The notes: generated by a model from the sequence alone, not told the origin. Counted from the stretch's first letter, positions 49,364 through 60,587 are shown. The stretch: DNA of 64,000 nt from an uncultured Actinomycetota bacterium (GCA_963803925.1 CAWDOM010000005.1:134295-198294); one strand, 5' to 3'. Numbers and translations: made by a program.

Positions 49364-50194
49364 CTATTCCCCGCCGCCCAGATACTTGGCGGCCAACTGG
49401 TTGATGGCGGCTCCCGACACGTCGACCACCACCGCGCCGCCGTCAACGGGGATGACCGCGGCGGTGAGAAAGCTGGCGTCGTCGCTCGCGAGGAAGCTGC
49501 AGAGTCCGGCCATCTCGCTGGGGGCCGACACCCGCTTCATGGGTATGTCCTGCGAGAAAGTGCGAAAGATCTCCTCGACGGGCAAGTCGCACGCGCCGGC
49601 GAACTCGGTCATGCCGCCACGGAACATGTCGGTCATGGTGGCGCCGGGGCATACGCAGTTGACGCGGATCTTGTGGATGCCGTAGTCAACAGCCGCCTGC
49701 TTGGTGAGGCTCACTAGCCCGGCTTTGGAGACACAATAGGCGGGCAGCCGCGGCGGATTCACGAGCGCGGCGAGAGACGCGATGTTGATAATCGACCCGC
49801 CCCCCGCCTCGATCATGTGGGGGATCGCGGCCTTCATGGTGAGAAACGGGCCGGTGAGGTTGACCTGGAGCACCCGGTTCCAGTCTTCGAGCGCAAGATC
49901 GGCCACCCCGGCCATGGCCTGGTCGATACCCGCGTTGTTCACCAAGATGTGCAGACCCCGCCCGAACGAGAGCGCGGTCGCGACGACTCGGTCCACGGCT
50001 TCGGGATCGCTGACGTCGGCCGCGCAGGTCTTCACCTGGGCGGCGGGCAACGTGGCCGCGACCTCGAGTAGCGGCTCCTCCCGACGGCCTGTGATGACAA
50101 CGCACGCGCCGTCGGCAACGAACCGCTCGGCGATGGCCCTGCCGATGCCGGTGCCGCCACCGGTCACAATCCCCACTCTGCCCTCGAGCCTCAT
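49364..50194 (-). CDS. SDR family oxidoreductase (paralog of 20299..21222)
   Basis: TGGGTGIGRA; YCVSK; ends AAKYLGGGE. Confidence 0.85.
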   Translation of the reverse strand: MRLEGRVGIVTGGGTGIGRAIAERFVADGACVVITGRREEPLLEVAATLPAAQVKTCAADVSDPEAVDRVVATALSFGRGLHILVNNAGIDQAMAGVADLALEDWNRVLQVNLTGPFLTMKAAIPHMIEAGGGSIINIASLAALVNPPRLPAYCVSKAGLVSLTKQAAVDYGIHKIRVNCVCPGATMTDMFRGGMTEFAGACDLPVEEIFRTFSQDIPMKRVSAPSEMAGLCSFLASDDASFLTAAVIPVDGGAVVVDVSGAAINQLAAKYLGGGE

Positions 50195-50255
50195 GTCAGC
50201 CTCCGGCGATCGTAGCCCACAACGGGAGTAGAAATTGACCCTTCAAGCGTACCCC

Positions 50256-51789
50256 TCACTCGCTCAGCGGAGGTGCCGGCACGCCCTTGAGCCTGCCCTT
50301 GCTTATGCCCCAGAAGTCCTCGATAGAGGTGTAGTAATCCATCGCCCGGCCTTCGGCCTTCTCGCGCTCGGCCACCTTGGCGCGGTGGAACTCTTTGATG
50401 TCTTCGGGAATGGGCAGGTTGCCGAAGTCGAGGTAGCGGCAGGCGCCGTCGTTGTCGCGAATTCCGAGCACCTTGTCGGCCGCGTGTACGTTGATCGACA
50501 TGGGCGAATCGAGCACGCCCGCTTCCACGGCCTTGATGGTGCCGACGGCGATATCGCCATCGCCCAACTCAACGACCTTGTCGAGAATCGCGTGCACCTC
50601 AGCCTGGCACACTTCTTCTTCCTGGCGGATCGCCGCGTTGTCGACCTCGAACTTCTGGTCTTTCCAGCAACCCAGGATCCACTGTGCCGCCAGGTAGCTC
50701 TGACGATGCGAATCGGCGCTGGGAACTCCGGCCGCTTCGTCAACGGTCTTCACCGAGACCACGTGGCACCCGCCCATGGCCGCGGTCAGCGCGGTGTAGC
50801 CGATGTAGCCGAAGGCGCTCCCCATCTCCTGCGGGAAGGGGAAGAGCGGCGATTGGCTGCCGAACACCCCCGCGATCTCGACGTCGCTATGGCCGAACTT
50901 GTCGAGATAGTGGCGCATGAGCTTCGGCAGAGAGTGGAAGTCGGCGATGTCCTGGTTCAGGCAACCCTGCAGGTTGACCTGGCAGAAGACGCTCTTCACA
51001 CCCTGCTCGGCCGAGATGAGCGACTCGATGATCTGCGTGGCCATGTTGACGCTCATGGGGATCACGAAGTTGGGCAGCCACCCGTGCGTATCGGTGGTGA
51101 TGATCACCCCGTGATCGGCGTAGTAGCCGATGAGTCTGCCCGTGTACTGGGCAGTCTCGATGCATTCCTCGACCGTAGCCTTCTTGTCGTAGCCGGCGAT
51201 CCAGCCGAAGAAGCTGTTGGGAAACGCGCTCATGCCCGAAGCGAAGGCCATCTCACCCACCAGGGCTTGTCCTATGCGCGACGAGCGGGGGTCGAGGGCC
51301 CCGTCGCACGCCTCGACCACCCTGCGGTTGGCCTTGACGCCGTGGTTGATGATGGGGTAGCCGTTGAGAGCCGCCTTGCCGGTACGGATGCTCTCCTGCG
51401 AGGCCTTTCTCCACCTTGTCGAGCTGCAGATTGCGCGTGTAGCTGTCGGTGGTGAGCGGCAGCAAGTGGATGCCCAACTCGTTGAGAGACCGGATCAACT
51501 CGATCTCCCTGTCCACGAGCGGCGTGCCCTGCCGCGGAAAGAGCGAGATGCGGCCTTCCGCGCGCACCCGCTGGAGGATCTTGTGGAACTTCTTCCCGTC
51601 GGGCAGCGACTTGTGATAGGCGACGGCCTCCTCCAGGTCGACCTCTTTGCCGGTCGGCCAGGTGGCGAGCACTTCCGCGTGCCTCTGCATGAAGACATCT
51701 TCATCCATGCGCTGCTGTTTGACCCTGATCAAAGCCCCTCCTCCAATCTCACTCCGCACGCGTCGGCTCTCGTGGCGTTGTTCAGTCAT
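50256..51789 (-). CDS. Glutamate mutase E-subunit (methylaspartate mutase epsilon, GlmE/MutE)-like protein, frameshift near 51300
   Basis: N-terminus AEVLATWPTGKEVDLEEAVAYHKSLP and a large TIM-barrel body. The two ORFs 51253..51789 and 50256..51320 are in different frames. Confidence 0.55.
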
Positions 51790-53674
51790 AGATGTACAGC
51801 TCTTCGACCTTCTCGGCAGTCGGCACTCCCTCCGCGTCCCAACCCATGAGCGAGTAGTAGTACCTCTTGGCCTTCTCCATCTTCTCGCGGTCGAGAGCGG
51901 CCACGAACGGGCCGGTGGTCTTGTCCTCGTAGAAGCGCGGCGGCAGACGGTCGTCGGCCGCGGTAAGGCCCTGTTTGACGTTGAAGAGGCGAGCGGCCGT
52001 AAGTATGCGTTCCGCGGAACGGATGAGCTCGGCCGTGCTGACGTCCCAGCCGGCCACCGCCTGCAGGATCTCGACCGGCTGTTTGTATGTCACTCCCACG
52101 TACGCGAGGTGGCACGTCAGCAGGCAGTCGTTGAGGAACTCCCTGATGTGGCCCACCTTGAAGAGGGCGACCTTGCGGGGGCCGATCTCGAGCGTAGGCA
52201 CAGTGTCGTAGAATCCCAGTTGGTTGAAATCCTTGATGCCGTGCTCGGCGGCCAGGATATCGTCGTGCACGTTCGCGCAGTGGTCGGCGCCGTTGGGATT
52301 GACCATGAAGCCGAGAGCGAAGGCGGGATTCAGGCGGGGTTCGTGCATGCCCGGATGGACGCCCTTGATCTCGACCGAGTAGGCCTCGGCCCCGCGGCCG
52401 ATCTTCTTGGCAGCCTCGGCCGAGCCCAGCGACAGCAGGTCGCCGATGCCCTCACGCCGGCAGATCATCTCCACCAGCTTGACCAGGGTCGGACCGTCGC
52501 CGAACCGCAGATCGAGCCCACCGGTGTCGTCGAGGGTGAGTAGCCCCTTCTCGAAGCATTCCATCGCGAACGAGACGGTGTTACCCATGGAGATCACATC
52601 GACGCCGAATGCGTTGCAGATCTCGTTGGCCTTGACCATGGCCTCAGCATCGGCCACCTCGAGGTTGGTGCCGAGGGCGCACATGGCCTCGTACTCCGGA
52701 CCGCCGTACTCGGGGTCGACGAAGTAGGGCGCCCCCGATTGAAGCCTCTTCTTGCAGCGGAGCGGGCAACCGAAACAGCCCTCTTGGGGAAGGCCCATCT
52801 TGTCCTTGAGCGCCCCACCGTGGACTTCCTTGATGCCCTCGTCGAACGGAGCGCCTCGCCAGTTGTGCACCGGGAGGTGACCGATGGCTTCCATGCCCAT
52901 CATCTCGGGCCCGCCCGTGCCGAACTCCGGGAGCACCTGCTGGATCCAGAAGTGAGCCCAGTGGTCTTTGGTCAGCCAGTTGTTGAAGGCCTTCATGGCC
53001 TCGCGGTCGTAGACGCGAGGCCGGCCTGTGCCGCGCACCGCGATGGCTTTGAGGTTCTTCGACCCCATGACCGCTCCCAGGCCCCCACGGCCGGCCGCGT
53101 CGAAGGCGCCGTTCATGATGCAGGCATAGGGGATGAGGCTTTCTCCTCCGGGGCCGATCATGGCCACCCGGATGCGCTTGTCGCCGAGTTCCTCGCGGAG
53201 CGCGGTCTGCGTGTCTTTCGTCAGCATGCCCCACAGGGCGCCCGCGTCGCGGATAGTGACGTCACCATCTTTGATGTATAGGTACACCGGCTTCGCGGCC
53301 TTGCCTTCGACGACGAGCACATCGTAGCCGGCCTTCTTCAGCTCCACTCCCCAGTGCTCGCCCGACTGGCACAGGGCGATGCCGCCGCTGAGGGGCGATT
53401 TGGCGCCCGCTCCGTTGCGGCCGGTGGCATAGACGCCGGTGCCGACCACGGGACTGAGGGCGAACACCAGCTTGTTCTCGGGACCGAGAGCATCGGCGCC
53501 GGCCGGTATCTCGCTCAGCAGGATCTGGGCGATCAGGCCCGATCCCCCGATCCACTTACGGTAGTAGTGTTCGTCGCGCTCTTCGGTCGAGACCGTGCCA
53601 CTGGTCAGGTCGACACGCAGGATCCTGCAGGTCATTCCCCCCCAGGACTCAGTGGATGTCGTTTCCTGGGTCAT
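51782..53674 (-). CDS. Tungsten-type aldehyde:ferredoxin oxidoreductase (AOR family)
   Basis: 630 aa. N-terminus WGGMTCRILRVDLTSG, followed by the conserved pterin-binding AOR-family body. Confidence 0.85.
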   Translation of the reverse strand: MTQETTSTESWGGMTCRILRVDLTSGTVSTEERDEHYYRKWIGGSGLIAQILLSEIPAGADALGPENKLVFALSPVVGTGVYATGRNGAGAKSPLSGGIALCQSGEHWGVELKKAGYDVLVVEGKAAKPVYLYIKDGDVTIRDAGALWGMLTKDTQTALREELGDKRIRVAMIGPGGESLIPYACIMNGAFDAAGRGGLGAVMGSKNLKAIAVRGTGRPRVYDREAMKAFNNWLTKDHWAHFWIQQVLPEFGTGGPEMMGMEAIGHLPVHNWRGAPFDEGIKEVHGGALKDKMGLPQEGCFGCPLRCKKRLQSGAPYFVDPEYGGPEYEAMCALGTNLEVADAEAMVKANEICNAFGVDVISMGNTVSFAMECFEKGLLTLDDTGGLDLRFGDGPTLVKLVEMICRREGIGDLLSLGSAEAAKKIGRGAEAYSVEIKGVHPGMHEPRLNPAFALGFMVNPNGADHCANVHDDILAAEHGIKDFNQLGFYDTVPTLEIGPRKVALFKVGHIREFLNDCLLTCHLAYVGVTYKQPVEILQAVAGWDVSTAELIRSAERILTAARLFNVKQGLTAADDRLPPRFYEDKTTGPFVAALDREKMEKAKRYYYSLMGWDAEGVPTAEKVEELYIYD

Positions 53675-53727
53675 TGTCCGTGCACCTCGCGCTCTTGCGT
53701 TCTGCTATCCATAGACGTGGTACCGGC

Positions 53728-54528
53728 CTAGGCGTGCGTCGCGTGGGCCGGCAGGGGCAGGCCGCCAGAGACAGGCAGCACGACCCCGGTGATGTACGAA
53801 GACATGTCGGAAGCCAGGAAGAGCACCGCTTTGGCGACGTCCTCCGGCTCTCCCATGCGCTTGAGAGGAGCCTGATCGGCCATCATCTTGAAGAACGCCG
53901 CGGCTTCCTCGGGGGCCATTTTCTCGACGATCGTGTCGAAGAAGGGCGTCTTGATGGGACCCGGCATGATCGCGTTCACGTAGATGTTGTGAGGACCGAG
54001 TTCGGCGGCCATATCGTAGGTCATGCCGATGACGCCGCCTTTGGCGGCATGGTAGTGCGCATGCGGCGCGGGCGGGCTGATCGCTCCCAGCGACGAGAAG
54101 TGGACGATCTTGCCGTAGCCGTTCGCCTGCATGTGAGGCACCGCTTCTTTGCTGCACAAGAAGTACGACTTGAGGTTCAGGTCGACGACCCCGTCCCAGG
54201 CCTCCTCGGTGAGGAGGGTCAGGTTGGTGGGGTTACCGTGGGCGCCGAGGATCGCGCCGGCGTTGTTGACGAGGATGTCGAGCTTGCCGAAAGCATCGAT
54301 GGTCGCGTCGACCATCTTCTTCACTTGTGCGCTGCTCGTCACGTCGCACTCGACGATGAGCCCCGAGCCTCCCGCCGCTTCGATACCCCTGAGGGTCTCT
54401 CCGGCGCCCTGCATGTCGATGTCGGCGATGGTGACCTTGGCTCCCTCGTGGGCGAACAACTGGCAGATGGAACGCCCCATGCCCTTCGCGCCGCCGGTGA
54501 CGATCGCCACCCGGTTCTCTAGCAACAT
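53728..54528 (-). CDS. SDR family oxidoreductase
   Basis: TGGAKGMGRS; NNAG; YHAAK. AAGGGGAGA RBS. Confidence 0.85.
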   Translation of the reverse strand: MLLENRVAIVTGGAKGMGRSICQLFAHEGAKVTIADIDMQGAGETLRGIEAAGGSGLIVECDVTSSAQVKKMVDATIDAFGKLDILVNNAGAILGAHGNPTNLTLLTEEAWDGVVDLNLKSYFLCSKEAVPHMQANGYGKIVHFSSLGAISPPAPHAHYHAAKGGVIGMTYDMAAELGPHNIYVNAIMPGPIKTPFFDTIVEKMAPEEAAAFFKMMADQAPLKRMGEPEDVAKAVLFLASDMSSYITGVVLPVSGGLPLPAHATHA

Positions 54529-54658
54529 CCCCGTCTCCCCTTCGTTGGGTTGGTCTTCAGCGTCTTGGTCAGTTCCAGATCATCCTGAACGCTCGTTCAA
54601 CAACCTATCACCGCACGCCTGCCCCGTCAAACACACCGGCAGACAGTCCCGTATCCTC

Positions 54659-56971
54659 CTAGAGCCTGATCTCGATATCCCAGAGGTATCCGTCTTCTCT
54701 GCACGCGACCTCGGTAGCTTGGCGTGCGCCACACCAGGGGCAGAAGAACTCCCTGAAGCACATGCGGTCCATCACATCGGTTGCGAACGACATGTACCCC
54801 GGTCCGATAGAGCCGGGCGGACTCTCCTTGACCCTGCAGGCCGACTTGAAGTTCGCCTCGCCGGGGCCCAGGTCTTGGCCACAACCGCAGAGGTAGTGGC
54901 TGCCGGCGGCAGTCTGCACCAGGCTCAGGTTGTCGCTTATGACTACCCGTCCGCCCCCCGGAAGCGAATCGACGGTGCGGCGCTCGTCGAGCCCGGGTAG
55001 CCGCCCACCCAGACGCAGCCGCTTGCTGGCAGTCCGCTCCAGCTTGGTCTTGTCGGGGTCGACATTCCCGCTGTCGTCGCACACCACCGCATACACGCGG
55101 AGGGCTTCCTCGCACGTGGTCTTGCCATCGGAGAGGTCGCGCTGCACCAAGGCCGGCTCTCTGTCGAGGGGATCGCCGTAGCCGGAGAAGTTGGGCAGGT
55201 TGGTCGACCAGACCGACCCCTTCTCCAGTCGCACCGGCGTACCCTTCCAGTATGTGGGCAACTGCTCCCCGGAGACCTCGTCGAGCGTCTGCGGAACCGT
55301 GCCCGCGGCCAGCCGGCCGGCGATGTCGGTCTCGTGCTTCACGTGGTAGAAGGCCCGGCCACCGGGGTTGCCGCCCAGGAGCCCCTGGCACTTCGCGTAG
55401 CTCTCGTTGGTGTAGATGCGCACGTCGAGACTGTCGGTGCCGTGGAGGGTCCATCCCTCCTCCGCCGCGCACCCGCTGCGGAAACGTCCCGCTCCCGCCT
55501 CGTTCACACGGTTGTGCTTCCTCCACAGCGTGAGCACCGGCCAAGCCGTCTCGTTCTCCTCGACGTTCGAGGCTTCCATGCCGGGCACCCAGTAGATGCC
55601 ACCTGTGTCGACACCGTCGCGCCACGGAGAAGAGGGAAGAGCCCCCACCGACATGCCTGAGCTCATGCCCACGAAGAACTGGCCGTACTGGTTGAGGCCG
55701 TTGAAGATCCATCCGCCGTACGCATGGACATCGGAGATGCCGATGGCTTTGTCGCGCAGCGGCTTCTCGGCGCAGGCGATCATCTTGGCGGTGGCGCCCG
55801 TCGCGGTGGCGACGATCATGGGCATGTTGTAGACGCCGGCGCCGCTGACTGCCGCGGGATAGTCCGCACACGTGATAGTGCCGGGCACAGGCCGGAACTT
55901 GACCCGGCGGTTCAAGCCGCCGCAGGCTCCCCCAAGATCGTACGCCAGCATGATGGTGAGCGGCGCGAGGCAGGCGCCCACGAAACCGGCATAAGTGTTG
56001 TTGATGGCCCCGGTCTGCGGCGACGTGCCCTGATTGTCGACGTAGAGGTAGTCGCCCTCTTTTACGATATTGACTTGGCTCACGTAGACGCCACGGTCGC
56101 CTGTGATCGCCGCTTCGGGATAGATGCGCTCCGACCAGCGTCCGTCGGGGATCATGCGGAGCTTCTCGACCACCGACAGTTCGCCGACGTCGAGGGTCTT
56201 GTTCATGACCGCCTTGACCGTCTCGGCGCCGTAACGTTCGAGCAGCTTGAGGATGCGCTCCCGCGAGACGGTGATGCCGGCGAGCGCCGCGTGAAGGTCC
56301 ATGCCCACGGTCGCCGGGATGCGCGACTGACGCAGGAAGAGTTGCTCCATGTCGACGCGCAGCGTACCGCGTTCCACCAGCTTCATGGGCGGAAAGAGCG
56401 GCGGATCCTCCCAGATGTTGGTGGACTCGAGACAGAAGCTCCCGGGCGAAGGTCCGCCGACGTCGCTGTAGTGCACACAGTTGGCCACCCAGCAGAAGAG
56501 CTCGCCGCCCCAGAAGACCGGCGAGGTCAGGCCGGTGTCTTGCTGGTGCGAACTGCCCACATACGGATCGCTGCACAAGAAGACGTCGCCATCGTCGATG
56601 CCGGGGTTCTCGCTGCGGTTCTCGAGGATCCACTTGGTCATGATGCCCAGGGTGTTGCCCAAGTACATGAGGAACGGCCCCAGGAACATCACGTCGCCGT
56701 ACTCGGTCAAGATCGCGCACTGGAAATCGCGGCTGATCATGGTGATCGGCGAGATGCTGAGCGTCTGGATGGTGTTGCCGTTCTCCATGTTGATGTTCTG
56801 GAGGCTATTGCGTATCACCTCGTAGGTGATCGGGTCTACATCGAGTTCCGCGGTCGTCTGCAGCCGGAGTCGCGGACTGATGGAGAGGACGTCGGGCGGC
56901 GCGTAGCCGCGGGCGACGCCGTCCCAGACCACAGGCGTCGCGGCCGTCTTGGTCTGGCTGCCGGCATTCAT
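54659..56971 (-). CDS. Hydantoinase B / oxoprolinase family protein, acetone/acetophenone-carboxylase alpha-like (770 aa), with a C-terminal Cys-rich extension
   Basis: HyuB-like core. The C-terminus has YLCGCGQDL...C...FFCPWCG. Its start overlaps the HyuA-like stop by 4 nt. Confidence 0.7.
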   Translation of the reverse strand: MNAGSQTKTAATPVVWDGVARGYAPPDVLSISPRLRLQTTAELDVDPITYEVIRNSLQNINMENGNTIQTLSISPITMISRDFQCAILTEYGDVMFLGPFLMYLGNTLGIMTKWILENRSENPGIDDGDVFLCSDPYVGSSHQQDTGLTSPVFWGGELFCWVANCVHYSDVGGPSPGSFCLESTNIWEDPPLFPPMKLVERGTLRVDMEQLFLRQSRIPATVGMDLHAALAGITVSRERILKLLERYGAETVKAVMNKTLDVGELSVVEKLRMIPDGRWSERIYPEAAITGDRGVYVSQVNIVKEGDYLYVDNQGTSPQTGAINNTYAGFVGACLAPLTIMLAYDLGGACGGLNRRVKFRPVPGTITCADYPAAVSGAGVYNMPMIVATATGATAKMIACAEKPLRDKAIGISDVHAYGGWIFNGLNQYGQFFVGMSSGMSVGALPSSPWRDGVDTGGIYWVPGMEASNVEENETAWPVLTLWRKHNRVNEAGAGRFRSGCAAEEGWTLHGTDSLDVRIYTNESYAKCQGLLGGNPGGRAFYHVKHETDIAGRLAAGTVPQTLDEVSGEQLPTYWKGTPVRLEKGSVWSTNLPNFSGYGDPLDREPALVQRDLSDGKTTCEEALRVYAVVCDDSGNVDPDKTKLERTASKRLRLGGRLPGLDERRTVDSLPGGGRVVISDNLSLVQTAAGSHYLCGCGQDLGPGEANFKSACRVKESPPGSIGPGYMSFATDVMDRMCFREFFCPWCGARQATEVACREDGYLWDIEIRL

Positions 56972-59147
56972 GACCGCACCTCCCTGTCCGAAGCGTGCAT
57001 GGCGACCGCCTTGCCCGCCGCGCCCCCGAGGGGCCGCGCGGGCTGGTCGAGCCGCAACACGAAGTTGCCGAAAGCGTCGCAGTCCAATGCCTGGTCGACT
57101 CCCACAACGATCGAGGTGTACGGCAGCTCCACCACCGCCGGACCGGCGATCCGATTGCCGTGGCGGAGTTCCCGGCCGTCGTAGACCTCGCTCTCAAGCC
57201 TCTCCATGCGGTCGGGCCAGAAGATGTCGCGAGTGCCCAGGAGGCCGCTGACCGGCACCGGCTTGGTGGAGCCCTCGTCGATCGCCTGCGCGGGCCTCTG
57301 CAGGCGCACCACCGCGTGGATGCGCACGGTCACCAGCTCGACGCCCTGCGACACCACGCCGGCGCCGTGCCCGTAGAGCGCCGTCGTACATCAGCCGGAA
57401 GTCCCGCACGGCTTGGTCGAGCGTGTCTCGAGTGATGTCGCCCGGAGCGATGCGCACGAGCAGGCTGTGCAACCACTGGCCGCTGTAGCGCATGAGACCG
57501 AAGCGCTCGATCTCTACCTCGTGGGCGGCCCTGCCCATCTCGCGCATCTCGGAGATGGCCTGCGTTTCGAGCTCGTCCACGAGGTCGCTCATCTCGTCGA
57601 CCGGTAAGGGAGCGAAGAAGATCTGCTCGCGCTCGATGTTGAGCACCAGATTCGAAGTGGAACAGCCGTAGGCCGACAAAGTCGACGCGCCGTTGCCGAG
57701 GGGAACCACAACACCCTTGACCCCAAGTTCCTGAGCGAAGGCGAAGGCGTGGACCGGCCCGGCGCCGCCGTACGCGTAGACCACGAAGTCGCGCGGGTCG
57801 TAACCGCGCACCACCGTCTGCTGTCTGATCAGCTCCGCGGCCCTGGCGTTGTTGATACGCAGGATGCCGGCCGCCGTCTCCTCGAGACCAAGGCCCACCT
57901 GCTCACCCAGCGCGGCGACGGCCTCGACAGCCGCGTCGCGATCGAGCGGCATGCGCCCACTCAAGAAATGCTCGGGCGAGAGGAGCCCGAGCACGACGTC
58001 GGCGTCGGTGACGGTCGGCTCGGTGCCACCTCGCCGGTAGCACACCGGTCCGGGCACGGCGCCCGCGCTCTCCGGGCCCACCCTGATGGAGCGGCTGAAC
58101 GGATCGAGCCGGGCGATGCTGCCGCCACCGCAGGCTATGGAGGTCGTCTCCAGTTGCGGGAACCTGTAGCGGTAACGATCGACGATCTTCTCGTCACCGA
58201 CCAAGGGCTCGCCGCCGATGATCAGGCCGACCTCGAACGAAGTGCCGCCCATGTCGGTGGCGATGATGTTCTTGTGGCCGAGTTGCCGCGCCAACGACAG
58301 CGAGCCTATGAGGCCCCCCACCGGCCCCGAGCCAAGCGAGGTGAGCGGCATCTCGACGGCTTTGGCCGCCGGCAGAACGCCGCCCGATGTCTGCATGATG
58401 AGCAAGAGGAGTCTTCAGGCCCGTCTCGTGCAGGCGTTCGGCGGCACGCCGGAAGTAGGCGGCCGACGCGGGAGCGATGTAGCTGTTGATGACCGTCGCC
58501 ACGGTCCGCTCGTACTCGCCCATGCGAGGCGCTACCTGGTGCGAGCACGACACGTAGATCTCGGGAGCCACGCGGCGAACTATCTCGAGGGCCCTGAGCT
58601 CGTGATCGGGGTTCTTGAAGCTGAAGAGAAAAGCGATGGCGATGGCGGTGACCCCGGCTTCGACGAGGCTGCGCACAGCCTCTTCGACGGCCGGTTCGTC
58701 GAGAGGCACCAGCTCGGCGCCCTTGTAGTCGACCCTCTCGCATATCTCGCGGATGAGGGCCCTCGGCACGAGCGGCTCGGGTTTGTCGGTCGCGTGCGGG
58801 TCGAACAGGAGGTCGAGTTCGAGTCCGGCGGTACGACCGGTACCCCGCATGATGAGAATCGAGTCGCCGTGTCCGGCGGTGGCAAGCAGTCCGGTGCGCG
58901 CCCCGCGGCGCTCGACGAGCAGGTTGGTGCCAACGGTGGTACCGAGGCTCAAGCGCTCGGTCGACGCGATCAGGTCTGATACCGAGATGCCGCAGTCGTC
59001 GGCCAAGGCCGCCAGAGCGTCGAACACGCCGACAGCGAAGTCCTCCTTAGTCGTCGCCGCCTTGGCGAAGTACAACCGGCCGGCGTCGTCCATCGCCGCA
59101 CAGTCGGTGAATGTACCCCCTCCATCGATGCCGATGTAGTAGCCCAC
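56968..59147 (-). pseudogene. Hydantoinase A / oxoprolinase family (acetone-carboxylase beta-like), at least 2 frameshifts
   Basis: HyuA N-domain at 58194..59147 (MGYYIGIDGGGTFTD), middle at 57194..58405, C-terminus at 56968..57357, all in different frames. GTG start with an AAGGAG RBS. Confidence 0.65.
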
Positions 59148-59169
59148 TCCCCGCTCCTTAGCCCGACTA

Positions 59170-60587
59170 GCTTGTCAGTGCTGATGAGTTCTCGTACGTC
59201 GGCCGACTTCTCGAGCCGGGAGATCGTCTCCACCAGCCGCTCGGCGTTGCCGGCCTTGATCGGCTGGCCCGCGTGCTCGAGGAGCGCCTGGAACTTCCGC
59301 TCGATGTCGGCGAAAGATAGCGGCCGCGAGGGAGTGCCGGTGGGCAGGTCGACCTGCTCGACGAATACCCCGCCGTCATTCATCTTCACAGTCACCCTCG
59401 CCGGTTCGATGCCCTGGTCGCCCCGGTCGAAGGCATGCTCGATCTGAACGTCTGTCTTGGCGGTCAGGCCCAGGATGTCGGGGCTCTTGATGGCGTCCCA
59501 CGTGAAGTCGTCCAAGGTCGACCCGATGCCGGGCCAGGGCGGTGGCGACTCCCCATACGATGCTGAACTGCGAATCGACCGGGTTGCGGGGCTTCGCCTT
59601 GAATTCGAGCGGCGAGCCGAGCAGACCGTACGTGCCCTCGCCACACTGGATGAGGATGCTCTCCACGTCGGTGGGCCGGATGTCGTACTTGGAGGCCAGA
59701 GCGAGACCCGCGTCGGCGAAGGGGTGCACGCCCCTGCAGCAGGGGTAGGGTTTGATCGAGACGTTGATGCCCTCGAAGCGGGCGCCCAACTCGTCGACGA
59801 GCTTCTCCCGCGAGTAAGCGCCCATGTGGTAGACCTTGTAGAGACCGGCTACGCCCTCGAGGCAGTTGTGGGCCCCGGTGATGCCCCGTTGCGCCATCTG
59901 GGCCGAACTGACGCCGCGCGCACGGCCATTCCCGGGCCAAGCCTCTTGGTGTGGGCGCCGTCTTTGACCGACTGGCCGTTGCCCGAGGCCTGGTGATAGG
60001 CGATGCCGACGGCGTTGGTCATGGCCTCGGCGTTGAGGCCGAGTAGACGCGCCGCCACGAACGCGGCGGTCATAGAGCCGTAGAGAGTGGTGAGGTGCCA
60101 CCCGTAGCCGTGGATGCTCTCGCCAGGCCGCGTGGCCAGACCGCACCTGCAGATGAAGTCGGTGCCCAGGGCTACCGCGGCGATGAAGTCGCGACCGCTC
60201 AGCCCCCCGACGTACTCGGCCACGGCGAGCGCGGTCGGAATGGCGACGACTCCCGGATGCATGATGGCATCTTCGTGAACATCGTCGAAATCCAGCGAGT
60301 GCGCCATGGTGGCGTTCAGCTGGGCGGCGTTCGGCACCGGCATCTTGTCGCCGTACCTCAAGATGGTGCTCTGCGGGGCCCCGCCCCACTCCAACATCAG
60401 GTCCCTCAGCTCGGCGATAGCCGCCTCGCCTGAGCCGCCCGAGGGCGACCCCGAAGAAGTCGAGGATCTGGTCCTTGGTTACCTTGACGACTTCAGGGGC
60501 AAGGTCCTTGTACTGAATGTTCTGGAAGTTCTCGACGAACAGCTGCGTCGCATCGGGTCTCGCGTCGCTAGGGGTGGAGCTGGCCAT
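59170..60587 (-). pseudogene. MmgE/PrpD family protein, paralog 2 (~85% identical to paralog 1), at least 3 frameshifts
   Basis: Fragments in ORFs 59376..60692, 59849..60397 and 58970..59644 (ATMAHSLDFDDVHEDAIMHPGVVAIPTALA is identical to paralog 1). Confidence 0.55.

Noticed and set aside
57194-58405. The C-terminal ~70 aa of the 403-aa ORF (RARRRRGVAGRRAGDRAHPRGG...) considered as a real Arg-rich domain of HyuA
   Set aside because: It is a frame error. The genuine HyuA C-terminus (GPAVVELPYTSIVV...) is in ORF 56968..57357 in another frame.
54659-59147. HyuA N-domain GIDGGGTFTD, considered as the missing HgdC-type activase
   Set aside because: The ASKHA fold is shared, but the protein is a full-length hydantoinase/oxoprolinase A homolog (~726 aa) paired with HyuB. 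It is not a ~260-aa CoA-substrate-specific enzyme activase.
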